Below the pieces are notes generated by a model. The model was given only the letters and a program-made list of their open reading frames with translations, was not told where the DNA came from and did not search any database. A stretch of DNA of 64,000 bases from the NCBI GenBank assembly GCA_963815115.1, contig CAWFFN010000012.1:384001-448000 (forward strand), read 5' to 3'. Each line of letters starts with the position of its first letter. Position 1 is the first letter of the stretch. The stretch comes from an uncultured delta proteobacterium. GTDB lineage: Bacteria; Desulfobacterota; Binatia; DP-6. Below are positions 10,681 to 20,842 of the stretch, piece after piece. A program made the translations under genes and the position numbers.

Positions 10681-11222
10681 TCGACGTCGATCTCCTTCCT
10701 CCCGACGAGGCCCGGCTCGCGTCGGAGCTGCGCCGCGCCCGGATCCGGAGCGCCGTCATCGTCGCGGTCGCGGCGGCGAGCTCACTCGGCGGGCACGGCG
10801 CTCTCTGGATGACGGCGGCCGCCACCGGCCGCACGCTCGCACGGGTCGATGAGGACCTTGCCGCCCTCAGACGACCGGCGGCGGCGCTGGGACGGCTCCG
10901 GCAGCGACGGGTCGAGCTGCGACGCAGGACACAGGCGATCGCGACCCTCGAGGCACGCGCCGGGGAGACCGCGCGCCTGCTCTCCGGGCTCGCCGCGGCC
11001 ACCCCCGAGCGGCTCTGGCTCTCCGAGCTGAGCCTCCTCGACGGACGCCTTCGGGTCGCAGGCTTCGCCGCGGACGAGCAGACCATCGCCGACTTCCTGG
11101 CGCGTCTACGCGGCGAGCGCTCGTTCCGCGACGTCGACCTCGACGAGGCCGCTCGCGACGATCGCGGGCCGTCCGGCGTGCGCCGATTCGTCGTCTCGGG
11201 GCGTGTCGGGGAGCCGGGATGA
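10677..11222 (+). CDS. pilN: Type IV pilus assembly protein PilN
   Basis: MIDVDLLP (an INLLP-like motif), TM segment, coiled coil, PERLWLSEL. ATGA overlap with pilM. Confidence 0.85.
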   Translation: MIDVDLLPPDEARLASELRRARIRSAVIVAVAAASSLGGHGALWMTAAATGRTLARVDEDLAALRRPAAALGRLRQRRVELRRRTQAIATLEARAGETARLLSGLAAATPERLWLSELSLLDGRLRVAGFAADEQTIADFLARLRGERSFRDVDLDEAARDDRGPSGVRRFVVSGRVGEPG

Positions 11223-11836
11223 GCCTCGCGGCGCGGATCCCTCCACGTCGGTTGCCCATGGTCCTGCTGGCGGCAGCGGCGGCCGCCGCCCTGCTCGACT
11301 GGCGATGGTTCGGTCGTGAGCGCTTCGCGGAGCTGGCCGAGCGTCGGGCGCGCCTTGCCGATCGCCTCGCAGCGCTGGGGGCGGCGCGGCGAGAAGCCGC
11401 CTCGCTCGCCGGTACCAAGCGAGCCGTTCACGACGCTGCGCGTGCGCTCCATCGCGCCGAGGCGCGCCTGCCGGAGGAGCGCGAGCTGGCCGCGCTCCTG
11501 GCGGACGTCGCCGCCAGCGCGCGGGCAGCGGGGCTCGAGCTCATCCTCCTCCGACCCAAGCCGGAGCGTCTGGCCGGCGACCACGCCGAGGTGCCGCTCG
11601 AGATGCAGGTGCGCGGGACCTTTCACGCGACGGTCGCCTTCCTCGCCCAGATCGAACGGCTCGGCCGGCTCGTCCGCGTCGGCGGAGTCCGGCTCCAGCG
11701 ACCGGAGCAGGCAGGCGCGCACACCATCCTGCTGGTCACCTGCGACGTCTCCACGTTTCGCTTCCTCGCCGGAGCGCGGGGACGTACCGGCGCGGTGGAC
11801 CGGCGAGGCGAAAGGGTTCCCGGAGCGCACGAATGA
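11219..11836 (+). CDS. pilO: Type IV pilus assembly protein PilO
   Basis: TM plus coiled coil, LPEERELAALL, EVPLEMQVRGTFH..FL..IERLGR. Confidence 0.88.
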   Translation: MSLAARIPPRRLPMVLLAAAAAAALLDWRWFGRERFAELAERRARLADRLAALGAARREAASLAGTKRAVHDAARALHRAEARLPEERELAALLADVAASARAAGLELILLRPKPERLAGDHAEVPLEMQVRGTFHATVAFLAQIERLGRLVRVGGVRLQRPEQAGAHTILLVTCDVSTFRFLAGARGRTGAVDRRGERVPGAHE

Positions 11837-12255
11837 CAGCGCGACGCTGCGTCCCCGGCGCCATCCTGGCAGCGTATCTGATCGCAGGTGGTGTGGCGGC
11901 CGGGACGCGTGATCCCTTCGCTCCGCCAGTCGCCGGGTCGCTCGGAGCGGAGGGGACTCCCCTCCAGCGCATCGACCCCGGTCGGCTCCGTCTGGTCGCC
12001 GTGGTCTCGGACACGAGTGCGGCCCACGCGGCCAAAGCCCTCCTCGAGGACGAGACCGGCCTCGGCTACATCGCCACGGTCGGGACGCCGGTCGGCCGCC
12101 GCGGCGGGGTCGTCGTCAGCATGGGACGCGGCTGGCTGCGCATTCGGGAGCCCGACGAGCCCGACGGGCCCGGCAACGGGCCCAGCCACCCGCCTGCCGA
12201 GCCCGAGCAGTCCGCGATCGTCCTGGAGATGTCGAGCATGGCTGAACGTCGATGA
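11833..12255 (+). CDS. pilP: Type IV pilus assembly protein PilP
   Basis: Motifs RDPFAP, PLQRID..LRLVAVV, ALLEDETGLGY...G..VG. Lies between pilO and pilQ. Confidence 0.85.
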   Translation: MTARRCVPGAILAAYLIAGGVAAGTRDPFAPPVAGSLGAEGTPLQRIDPGRLRLVAVVSDTSAAHAAKALLEDETGLGYIATVGTPVGRRGGVVVSMGRGWLRIREPDEPDGPGNGPSHPPAEPEQSAIVLEMSSMAERR

Positions 12256-13673
12256 GCAGGCGCCGAGGCGCGATCGCCCTGGTCATCCTGCTCGCGAGCG
12301 CATCCCGTCTCGCGATCGCCGGCGCGTCGACGGGGCCCGGCGGCAACGCTTCGCGGCGCATCTCGCTCGACCTGCAGGACGCCGACGTGCTGGGCGTGCT
12401 GCGCCTGCTGGCCGAGGTGGGCGGCATCAACGTCGCAGCCACCGACGACGTCAAGGGCAGGGTCACCCTGCATCTCACCCGCGTCCCGTGGAACCAGGCG
12501 CTCGCCCTGGTGTTGCGCCTGGGCCGGTTGGAGTCCTCACGTGAAGGTGACGTGCTGCGCGTGACGACGAGCGGGCGGCTGGGCGAGGAGCGCGAGGCGC
12601 TGAGAGCCGCCGGCGAGGCGGAGCGACGGGTGGCGCCGCTCCGCGTCCTCGCGCTGCCGGTGCGGTGGGCGCGGGCGGACGACGCGCTGGCGGAGAAGGT
12701 GCGAGGCGTGCTGTCCGACCGAGGCAGCGTCACCTCCGACGACCGCACCAACGCCCTCCTGGTGCGCGATCTCCCGGATGGCCTGCGCGACGCCGAGGCG
12801 CTGCTGCGCGCGCTCGACGTGCCCAGCCCTCAGGTCCTCATCGAGTCGAGCATCGTCGAGGCGACGGAAGACTTCGCGCGCGGGTTGGGCGTTCAGTGGG
12901 GATTCCGTTCCGGCGGCCAGCCCGCCGTCGGCACGCCGAGCGGCGCACCGTTCCTCGCCGACTTCCCGGTGCCGGCCACGTTCGGATCCGGCTTCGGACC
13001 GGGCACCGGCGCCGCCATCGACCTGGCGTTCGGCTCGCTCGCCGGCGATGGCCTCGCCGCCCGCTTGACCGCCCTGGAGGAGGCGGGCAAGGGTAGGGTC
13101 ATCAGCCGCCCGCGGGTCGTCACCATGAACAACGTCGCGGCGACGATTCAAAGCTTGACGATTCTCCGCGTCAAGCTGCCGTCGACGGGAACGGTGATCA
13201 ACACCGGCAGCGGCGGGGCTGCTGAGACGGCGAGCACGGCGACGGAGAAGATCAATACCGGCATCACGCTCGTGGTCATCCCCCAGGTCTCCTCGGACGG
13301 CTTCGTGCTGATGAACATCTACGCCAAGTCGAGCGTGCCCGACTTCAGCCGCACCGTGGAGGGCATCCCGACCGAGATCGCCCGCGAGGCCAACTCGAAC
13401 GTGCTGGTGCGCGACGGCGAGACGGTCGTGCTCGGAGGCATCTATCGGGCAGCGGGCGACGACCGCGAAGCCGGCGTGCCCTTCCTGGCGCGTGCGCCGG
13501 TCCTGGGCTGGCTCTTCAAGCGGAACCTCGTCAGCAAGCGTCGAGAGGAGCTGCTGGTGTTTCTCACCCCGCGGGTGCTGGGCGGCGGCGGCCTGGCGGG
13601 CGCGAACGCGCGGGAGCCATGGGCGGCGCGGCCGCGCGCAAGACCGCTCGACAGACCGCGAGAAGGGCAATGA
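12252..13673 (+). CDS. pilQ: Type IV pilus secretin PilQ (short form)
   Basis: Motifs ISLDLQDAD, VPWNQAL, DDRTNALLVRD, QVLIESSIVEA, VRDGETVVLGG, ELLVFLTPRV. Confidence 0.93.
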   Translation: MSRRRGAIALVILLASASRLAIAGASTGPGGNASRRISLDLQDADVLGVLRLLAEVGGINVAATDDVKGRVTLHLTRVPWNQALALVLRLGRLESSREGDVLRVTTSGRLGEEREALRAAGEAERRVAPLRVLALPVRWARADDALAEKVRGVLSDRGSVTSDDRTNALLVRDLPDGLRDAEALLRALDVPSPQVLIESSIVEATEDFARGLGVQWGFRSGGQPAVGTPSGAPFLADFPVPATFGSGFGPGTGAAIDLAFGSLAGDGLAARLTALEEAGKGRVISRPRVVTMNNVAATIQSLTILRVKLPSTGTVINTGSGGAAETASTATEKINTGITLVVIPQVSSDGFVLMNIYAKSSVPDFSRTVEGIPTEIAREANSNVLVRDGETVVLGGIYRAAGDDREAGVPFLARAPVLGWLFKRNLVSKRREELLVFLTPRVLGGGGLAGANAREPWAARPRARPLDRPREGQ

Positions 13674-14215
13674 CCGCCACCCACGTCATCCTGACCGGCT
13701 TCATGGGAACCGGGAAGACGGAGGTCGGGCGCCGGCTCGCGCGCGTTCTCGGGCGTCCGTTCGTCGACACCGACGCGCTCGTCGAATCCAGCGCGGGGCG
13801 CTCGGTCGCGGCCATCTTCGCCAGCGAGGGGGAGGCCGCGTTCCGCGAACGCGAGCGTGAGGCGATCGCCCAGGCCTGCACCCTCGCCGAGGCGGTGGTT
13901 GCGATCGGCGGCGGCGCCCTGCTCGATCCCGAGAACCGCCGCCGGCTGTTCGCTGCCGGCCCGGTCGTCTGCCTGCGCGCCACGCCGGGGGAGATCCTGC
14001 GCCGGGTGGGCGAGGCGCGCGATCGTCCGCTGCTGAACGGCGACGGGACGGCGTCGGCCGCCGAGCGCCTCGCTCGTATCGAGTCGTTGCTCGCGGCGCG
14101 AGCGGCGGCCTACGCACTGTCGACCCACACGGTGGACACCGACGGTCTCACGCCGGACGAGGTCACGCGCCGCGTGCGGGCGCTCGTCGAGCAGTCGGAC
14201 CGGAGCGGAGCGTGA
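13670..14215 (+). CDS. aroK: Shikimate kinase
   Basis: Motifs LTGFMGTGKT, FVDTD, GEAAFRERE, RPLL. Confidence 0.96.
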   Translation: MTATHVILTGFMGTGKTEVGRRLARVLGRPFVDTDALVESSAGRSVAAIFASEGEAAFREREREAIAQACTLAEAVVAIGGGALLDPENRRRLFAAGPVVCLRATPGEILRRVGEARDRPLLNGDGTASAAERLARIESLLAARAAAYALSTHTVDTDGLTPDEVTRRVRALVEQSDRSGA

Positions 14216-15309
14216 CGGTTCCGACGGATCGTTCGACCGAGGTGGTGCTGGTCGACCTCGGCGATCGCTCGTACCCCATCGTGGTGGGTACAGGGATCCT
14301 CGCCAGCGTCGGCGAGCGCCTCGCGGCACTCGGTTACGCCGGACGCTGCGGCCTTCTGACCAGCGAGCGGGTCGGCGCCCTCTACCGGGCCCCGGTGCTC
14401 GACTCGCTCCGTGCCGCGGGATTCGACCCGCTCGTGGTCGAGATTCCCGACGGCGAGGAGCACAAGAGCCTTGCGGGATTGAACGCGGTCTACGATCGGC
14501 TGCTCGAGTCCGGCATCGAGCGGGGCTCGCCGCTGGTCGCCCTCGGCGGAGGGGTGATCGGAGACATGGGTGGATTCGCTGCCGCCACGCTGCTGCGCGG
14601 CCTTCCGGTCGTCCAGGTGCCCACCACGCTCCTCGCCCAGGTCGACGCCGCCATCGGGGGCAAGACGGGCGTCAACCACGCCCGGGGCAAGAATCTGATC
14701 GGTGCCTTCCACCAGCCACGCTTCGTCATCGCCGACGTCGACACGCTCGCGACGCTGCCGCCGCGCGAGCTCGCCGCGGGGCTCGCGGAGGTGATCAAGT
14801 ACGGGGTGATCGGCGATGCCGCCCTGTTCGCCGAGATCGAGGGCCGCCTGGACGACCTGCTCCGGCTCGATCGCGACCTCGTCGTGCGGGTGGTTGCGAC
14901 CTCCTGCCGTCAGAAGGCGGCCGTGGTGTCGGCCGACGAGCGCGAGGTCACCGGCCTCCGCGCCACGCTCAACTTCGGGCACACCGTCGGGCATGCCGTC
15001 GAGACGCTCACCGACTACCGCCGGTTCCTGCACGGCGAAGCGGTTGCCATCGGCATGGTGGCAGCGGCGCGCGTCTCGCAGGCCCTCGGGCTGTGCGACG
15101 GCCGTGCGGTGGCTCGCATCCGCGACGTCGCGGCCCGGGCGGGTCTGCCGACGGAGCTGCCCGCCGATCTGGCCCCGCCGGCACTCGCCGGTGCCATGCG
15201 CGGGGACAAGAAGTCGCACCGCGGGACGATCCGCTTCGTGGCGCTCGAGGAGATCGGGCGCGTGCGGCTGGTCGAGCTGACCGGCGCGGAGATCGCGAAG
15301 CACCTTTGA
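14212..15309 (+). CDS. aroB: 3-dehydroquinate synthase
   Basis: Motifs GGGVIGDMGGF, PTTLLAQVDAAIGGKTGVN, LNFGHTVGHAVE, HGEAV. Confidence 0.97.
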   Translation: MTVPTDRSTEVVLVDLGDRSYPIVVGTGILASVGERLAALGYAGRCGLLTSERVGALYRAPVLDSLRAAGFDPLVVEIPDGEEHKSLAGLNAVYDRLLESGIERGSPLVALGGGVIGDMGGFAAATLLRGLPVVQVPTTLLAQVDAAIGGKTGVNHARGKNLIGAFHQPRFVIADVDTLATLPPRELAAGLAEVIKYGVIGDAALFAEIEGRLDDLLRLDRDLVVRVVATSCRQKAAVVSADEREVTGLRATLNFGHTVGHAVETLTDYRRFLHGEAVAIGMVAAARVSQALGLCDGRAVARIRDVAARAGLPTELPADLAPPALAGAMRGDKKSHRGTIRFVALEEIGRVRLVELTGAEIAKHL

Positions 15310-15366
15310 GTGCTGCCGCATCGGGTGCCGTTGCCCGGCGTCGCGGGTCTGGCTAGATCCGGTTCC

Positions 15367-16062
15367 ATGCGACCGCTGATGGCGATGCTGGGGTGGGGGT
15401 TGTTGCTTCTGGGGGGGCCGGCGCGCGGCGCGGGTCTGGCGGTGCAGGGGCCGGTGTACAACTTTGGCTCGGCCGAGCAGGGGACGACGGTCATGCACCA
15501 GTTCCCCCTCAAGAACACCGGCAGGACGACGATCCGGATCGAGGACGTACACAGCTCGTGCGGCTGCACCGCCGCGGCGGCCGAGGGCAAGACCCTCGCG
15601 CCCGGTCAGATCGCCTGGCTCGCCGTGCGCCTCGATACGACCGATCTCGTCGGCAAGACGACGAAGACGGTCACGCTCCGCACGTCCGATGCGCGGACGC
15701 CCGAGGTGCTGCTCGCGATGACCGGCACGGTGCTGTCCGACCTGGTCGTGACCCCGACGCCGCTCTACCTCGGCCACGTGTGGCGAGGCAGCCCGGTTCG
15801 GCAGGAGCTCCGTGTCAGCACGGGTCGTCCCGTGAGCCCCGGAAGCCCTGCCTATTCTATCAGCAGCGTCGAGACCGACTCGTGGGCGTTGCGCGCGCAC
15901 GTCGAGGCGGGCGACAAGCCGGGCGAGCAGAAGCTCGTCGTCGAGCTCGACCCCGAGGTGCCGGCCGGTCGCTTCAACGACCGGGTCGTCATCCACACCA
16001 CGAGCCCGCGCCAGCCGGTCATCACCGTCCCGGTATTCGGGGACATCATGGGGTGGGGCTAG
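15367..16062 (+). CDS. Exported DUF1573-like Ig-fold protein
   Basis: Signal peptide, then YNFG...F.LKNTG...I..V.SSCGCT...LAPG. Confidence 0.75.
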   Translation: MRPLMAMLGWGLLLLGGPARGAGLAVQGPVYNFGSAEQGTTVMHQFPLKNTGRTTIRIEDVHSSCGCTAAAAEGKTLAPGQIAWLAVRLDTTDLVGKTTKTVTLRTSDARTPEVLLAMTGTVLSDLVVTPTPLYLGHVWRGSPVRQELRVSTGRPVSPGSPAYSISSVETDSWALRAHVEAGDKPGEQKLVVELDPEVPAGRFNDRVVIHTTSPRQPVITVPVFGDIMGWG

Positions 16063-16067
16063 GAGCC

Positions 16068-16352
16068 CGACCCGAGACTCCGTCTCGGGTCGAGAGGGGA
16101 GCGAGCGTGTGGCGTTCGGTGGATCAGGCGGACGCCGTGCCGCGGCCGGCAAGGCCGGCGCGGCAAAACGTGCACGCCCGAGGCTGTGGCCCAACCCGTC
16201 CCGCGCCGCCCCCAGACGGCCCGTCGCAGCTCCAGGGTCACGCTCCGAAACGTCTGCCGCGCCGGCTTTGCCGGCCCGCGGCACGACGCCCGCACTGTCC
16301 AGCACGCCGCATTCTCGCCCTCCGTCCCGACCCGAGACGGAGTCTCGGGTCG
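16068..16352. repeat. Four-hairpin element, copy C (most complete, 285 bp)
   Basis: Perfect terminal hairpins at 16068-16092 and 16328-16352. Inner hairpins at 16138-16165 and 16255-16283. Opposite orientation to copy A. Confidence 0.93.
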
Positions 16353-16401
16353 CGCTCGCACGCTTGCCCCACGACGCGGCGGTCGCTACCCCTGACGCTG
16401 C

Positions 16402-19400
16402 GTGTCCGGAGTGTCGCTCGCAGAGCTGGTCGTCCGTCTCCGGCGCGATCTCGAGGGGAGGCCTGCCGGGCCGCTCCGCGTCTCGGGTCTCCGCGGCAGC
16501 GCTCCCGCGCTCTGTCTCGCGCGCCTCCTCGCGGAGCGAGCACGCTCCGTGCTCGTGGTCGCGGCGGACGCGGCGACGGCGGAGTCGTTTGCCGCGGATC
16601 TGCGTTTCTTCGCTGGCGACCGCGAGACCTCGGGACCGCTCGGGCGCCGGGTGCATTACCTCCCGGGCTGGGAGGTGCCTCCCTTCGAGCCCCTGTCCCC
16701 GACTCGCGAGGTGGTGGCTGCCCGGGCCGAGGGCTTCTACCATCTCCTGCAGACCTCCGATCCCGTCGTCGTCACCACCGTGGAGGCGGTCGCACAGCGC
16801 TGCCTGCCGCGCGCGGTGTTCGCCGGCGCCGTCACCTACGTGGTCGAAGGGGAGACCCTGGCGCCGGAGGCCCTCGCCGAGCGCCTCGTCGAATGGGGAT
16901 ACCATCGCGTGCCGCTCGTGCAGGACCCCGGCGATCTCGCCCAGCGAGGCGGAATACTCGACGTTTTTCCCGCCGGCTACGTGCGCCCCGTTCGCTTCGA
17001 GTTCATCGGCGACGAGGTCGAGCGCCTGCGGGAGTTCGACCCCGTGTCGCAGCGTTCGCTCGACCGCACCGAGGAGGTCCTCCTGCTCCCGGTACAGGAG
17101 CTCGGGCGCTCGCGTCTGGGGCCCGGGCCGGCGCGGCTGGTTGACGAGCGCGCAGCCGAGATCGGCCTGGCGCGCCAGGAGCGGCGCGAGCTGGTCGAGG
17201 CGGTGCGCGGTGGTCTGCTCCTGCCCGGGATGGAGTCGCTGCTGCCGTATCTCTACGAGACGCCCGGAACGCTCGCCGACTACCTGCCGGCGGGGACGCT
17301 CTGCTGGACGCTCGGTGCGGGTGCCGTCGAGGCCGCCGTCGAGACGTCCTGGGCGCAGGTGGTCGCTCACGCCGAGGCGGCTCAGCGCGACGGGCGCTTC
17401 TACCCGCCGCCGCAGCGGCTCTACCTCGATCCCTCGGAATGCCGCGCCGCGCTCGAGGGCCGCCCGCGCGTAGAGGTGGAGAGCCTCGAGGAGCTCGCGG
17501 GGGACGTTCCGCACGCCACGACCCATGCCACGGACGCGCTCGGGCTCCGCACCGCTTCCGCGTCCGAGGGACCGCTGGCGGCGGTCGCGACGCAGCTCAA
17601 GGCGTGGCAGAGCGACGGGGCTCGCCTCGTCATGGTGGCGGCCAGCGACGCCCAGCGCGAGCGCTTGCAGGGGCTGCTTCGCGGCCATGGCATCGAGACG
17701 CTGGCCAGCGGGGCGCCCCTGCCGCAGGCCCTGGCGACCTCCGGCCGCGCCGCGCTCGCGCTGGTCGGCGGGCTGACCCGCGGCGTGCGGCTCCCGGTCG
17801 ACGGCCTCGCGCTGGTGACCGAGTCGGAGATCTTCGGCGAGCGGCGCGCCGTGCGCCGGGGCCGGCGTGCGCAGCCCGCGGATTTCCTCTCCACCCTCGC
17901 CCAGCTCCACACCGACGACTACGTCGTCCATGTCGACCACGGGATCGGCGTCTACCGCGGCCTGCGCCACATGCAGGTCGCGGGCACGCAGGGCGACTAC
18001 ATCCACCTCGAGTACGCCGGCGGCGACCGTCTCTACGTGCCGGTCGACCGCATCAGCGTGGTGCAGCGCTACGTCGGAGCAGACGGCGCGGCCCCGGCGC
18101 TGGACAAGCTGGGCGGTACGTCGTGGGAGCGCGTCAAGGCGAAGACCAAGGAATCGATCCTCGCCATGGCGCACGAGCTGGTGCGGGTCTATGCCACGCG
18201 CGAGGCCCATGACCGCTCGCCATACGCATTGGCAGATGCGCTCTACCAGGAGTTCGCCGCCCGCTTCCCGTTCGAGGAGACGCCGGGACAGGAGCGCGCC
18301 ATCGAGGAGGTCCTCACCGACCTGGGCAGCCCGCGGCCCATGGACCGCCTGGTGTGCGGCGACGTCGGATTCGGCAAGACCGAGGTGGCGATGCGGGCCG
18401 CCTTCCTGGCGGTGCTCGCGGGCAAGCAGGTGGCGGTCCTCGTTCCCACCACGATCCTCGCCCAGCAGCATCTCGAGAGCTTCCGCGCGCGACTAGAGGG
18501 CTACCCGATCACCGTCGACGTGCTGTCACGCTTTCGCACCGCGGCCGAGAACCGCGAGACGCTGGCGCGGCTCGCCGAGGGCCGGGTCGACATCGTCATC
18601 GGCACCCATCGCCTGCTCCAGAAGGACGTGGCCTTCCGCCAGCTCGGGCTGCTCGTGGTCGACGAGGAGCACCGCTTCGGCGTCAAGGACAAGGAGCGCA
18701 TCCGGGCGCTCCGCGGCGGCGTCGACGTGCTGACGCTCACCGCGACGCCGATCCCGCGCACCCTCAACATGTCGCTGTCCGGCATCCGCGACCTGAGCGT
18801 CATCGAGACCGCGCCCGTCGATCGCCTGGCCATCCGGACGTACGTGACGCGCTACGACGAGGCGGTGGTGCGGGACGCCGTGCTGCGCGAGCTCGGCCGC
18901 GGCGGCCAGGTGTTCTTCGTCCACAACCGGGTGGAGAACATCGACGCCATGGCGCGGCGGCTGGGCGAGGTCGTCCCCGAGGCGCGCATCGGCGTGGCGC
19001 ACGGTCAGATGCCCGAGGGCGCGCTCGAGAAGACCATGGTCGGGTTCATGCACGGGGAGAGCAATCTCCTGGTCACCTCGGCGATCATCGAGTCGGGGCT
19101 CGACATCCCGCGCGCCAACACGGTCATCGTCAACCGGGCCGACACCTTCGGACTGGCCCAGCTCTACCAGATTCGCGGGCGGGTCGGCCGTTCCCACCAC
19201 CGCGCCTACGCCTATCTGATGATACCCGGCGAGCATCTGATCACGGCCGACGCACAGAAGCGGCTCCGGGTCCTCCAGGAGCTGGACGACCTCGGCGGCG
19301 GCTTCCGGCTCGCGGCCCACGACCTCGAGATTCGCGGCGCGGGCAACCTGCTCGGCAAGCAGCAGTCGGGACACATCACCGCCGTCGGCCTCGAGCTCTA

Positions 19401-19899
19401 CACCCATCTGCTCGAGCAGGCGGTGCGCGAGCTGCGCGGCGAGCACCCGGAGCCGGACCTCGAGCCCGAGATACAGCTCGGCATTCCCGCCTACGTGCCC
19501 GAGACCTACATTCCCGACGTCGGCCAGCGGCTGGTCGTCTACAAGCGGCTCGCCGGGATTCGCGGCGTGCCCGATCTCGAGGCGATCGCCGCCGAGCTCG
19601 AGGACCGCTACGGCCCGATCCCGCCGCTGGTCGACACGCTGCTCCGGGTGATGGAGCTGCGACGCTGGCTGAAGGACCTGCGAGTCGTCTCGGCGCGCCG
19701 CCGCGGGGACTCGATCGTGATCGAGTTCCACGACACGACGCCGGTCGGCGTGGAGACGTTGCTGGAGAAGGTGCGCGGTACCAAGGGCACGCTGCGCCTG
19801 ACGAGCGGCTCGGCACTCGCGTTCCGTCCGTCGACCTCGGACCACGATGGCGTGGTCGCCGAGCTCCGGGCGCTCTTGCAGAGCCTCGGAACGGCGTGA
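16402..19899 (+). CDS. mfd: Transcription-repair coupling factor
   Basis: Motifs RGGILDVFP, VVHVDHGIGVY, CGDVGFGKTEVA, DEEHRFG, QIRGRVGRS, DLEIRGAGNLLG, and a TRCF C-terminal domain. Confidence 0.98.
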   Translation: MSGVSLAELVVRLRRDLEGRPAGPLRVSGLRGSAPALCLARLLAERARSVLVVAADAATAESFAADLRFFAGDRETSGPLGRRVHYLPGWEVPPFEPLSPTREVVAARAEGFYHLLQTSDPVVVTTVEAVAQRCLPRAVFAGAVTYVVEGETLAPEALAERLVEWGYHRVPLVQDPGDLAQRGGILDVFPAGYVRPVRFEFIGDEVERLREFDPVSQRSLDRTEEVLLLPVQELGRSRLGPGPARLVDERAAEIGLARQERRELVEAVRGGLLLPGMESLLPYLYETPGTLADYLPAGTLCWTLGAGAVEAAVETSWAQVVAHAEAAQRDGRFYPPPQRLYLDPSECRAALEGRPRVEVESLEELAGDVPHATTHATDALGLRTASASEGPLAAVATQLKAWQSDGARLVMVAASDAQRERLQGLLRGHGIETLASGAPLPQALATSGRAALALVGGLTRGVRLPVDGLALVTESEIFGERRAVRRGRRAQPADFLSTLAQLHTDDYVVHVDHGIGVYRGLRHMQVAGTQGDYIHLEYAGGDRLYVPVDRISVVQRYVGADGAAPALDKLGGTSWERVKAKTKESILAMAHELVRVYATREAHDRSPYALADALYQEFAARFPFEETPGQERAIEEVLTDLGSPRPMDRLVCGDVGFGKTEVAMRAAFLAVLAGKQVAVLVPTTILAQQHLESFRARLEGYPITVDVLSRFRTAAENRETLARLAEGRVDIVIGTHRLLQKDVAFRQLGLLVVDEEHRFGVKDKERIRALRGGVDVLTLTATPIPRTLNMSLSGIRDLSVIETAPVDRLAIRTYVTRYDEAVVRDAVLRELGRGGQVFFVHNRVENIDAMARRLGEVVPEARIGVAHGQMPEGALEKTMVGFMHGESNLLVTSAIIESGLDIPRANTVIVNRADTFGLAQLYQIRGRVGRSHHRAYAYLMIPGEHLITADAQKRLRVLQELDDLGGGFRLAAHDLEIRGAGNLLGKQQSGHITAVGLELYTHLLEQAVRELRGEHPEPDLEPEIQLGIPAYVPETYIPDVGQRLVVYKRLAGIRGVPDLEAIAAELEDRYGPIPPLVDTLLRVMELRRWLKDLRVVSARRRGDSIVIEFHDTTPVGVETLLEKVRGTKGTLRLTSGSALAFRPSTSDHDGVVAELRALLQSLGTA

Positions 19900-19915
19900 T
19901 ACCCGATGCGCCGCC

Positions 19916-20842
19916 ATGAGCCGCGGCTGGCGCAGCGCACTGGCCGTCGTCGCGGTCCTGGCCGTGGGGTCGGGCCGCGCCGAGGTGGTGGATCGCATCA
20001 TTGCGACCGTCGACGGTGATCCCATCACCGCGCACGAGCTGCAGCAGTTCCGCCAGGAGCGCGCGTCCGCCGACATGACAGACAAGCAGCTCCTCGACGC
20101 GATCATCACGGACAAGCTCCTCGAGAAGGAGGTCCGCGAGAAGGGCGTCACGGTCAAGTCCGAGGACATCGACCGCTACGTCGACCAGGTGAAGGAGCGA
20201 AACCACATCGACAACTACCGGTTCGAGGCGGCCCTCGAGGCCCAGGGCATGACGCTCGAGCGCTATCGCGAGCGCATCCGGATCGAGCTCGAGAAGTCGC
20301 AGCTCGTCAACCGGGAGATCCGCGGCCGCGTCGGCATCCCGCCCGACGAGATCGAGCGCTACTACCATGCCCATCGCGAGGACTACAGGACCGGCGAGCG
20401 CGTGGTCCTGCGCGACATCGCGTTCCGCATCGAGGTCGTCGACGACGACGCCGAGATCGCGCACATCCGGGCGAAGGCCGACGAGGTGCTGCAGCTCGCC
20501 ATCGGCGGCCGCGACTTCGCGGCGCTCGCCAAGCAGTTCTCCGAAGCGCCGGGCGCGGACAAGGGCGGCCTCCTCGGCACCTTCGCGCGTGGCGAGCTGG
20601 AGCCCGAGCTGGAGGAGGTGGCCTTCGTGCTCAAGCCCGGCCAGCTGAGCCAGGTGATCCGCACCGACAAGGCGTTCCACCTGCTGCGAGTCGACAAGTT
20701 CGAGCCGCCGGGCTACCGTTCCCTCGACGAAGTGAAGGATCAGATCCGCGACACGCTCTACGAGAAGGCGATCGGCCAGCGCTTCGAGGATTGGCTCTCC
20801 AGGGATCTGCGGGAGCGCCATTCGGTCGAGGTATTCAACTGA
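19916..20842 (+). CDS. SurA-like periplasmic chaperone / parvulin PPIase
   Basis: Signal peptide, [15 protein letters not shown], and rotamase motif [15 protein letters not shown]. Directly downstream of mfd. Confidence 0.88.
   Translation: MSRGWRSALAVVAVLAVGSGRAEVVDRIIATVDGDPITAHELQQFRQERASADMTDKQLLDAIITDKLLEKEVREKGVTVKSEDIDRYVDQVKERNHIDNYRFEAALEAQGMTLERYRERIRIELEKSQLVNREIRGRVGIPPDEIERYYHAHREDYRTGERVVLRDIAFRIEVVDDDAEIAHIRAKADEVLQLAIGGRDFAALAKQFSEAPGADKGGLLGTFARGELEPELEEVAFVLKPGQLSQVIRTDKAFHLLRVDKFEPPGYRSLDEVKDQIRDTLYEKAIGQRFEDWLSRDLRERHSVEVFN

Noticed and set aside
16059-16361. Small ORFs inside the repeat element (e.g. RPETPSRV-containing frames)
   Set aside because: Frames are not preserved between copies because of indels in the linkers and core. 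The recurring peptide only reflects the palindrome.
14110-18471. 1453-aa minus-strand ORF and other long antisense or alternate-frame ORFs (e.g. 42882-45482 +, 51697-55005 +, 49655-52354 -, 27903-29888 -)
   Set aside because: Shadow frames of well-supported genes in very GC-rich DNA. They are Arg/Pro/Ala-rich or mirror-codon sequences with no recognisable motifs.
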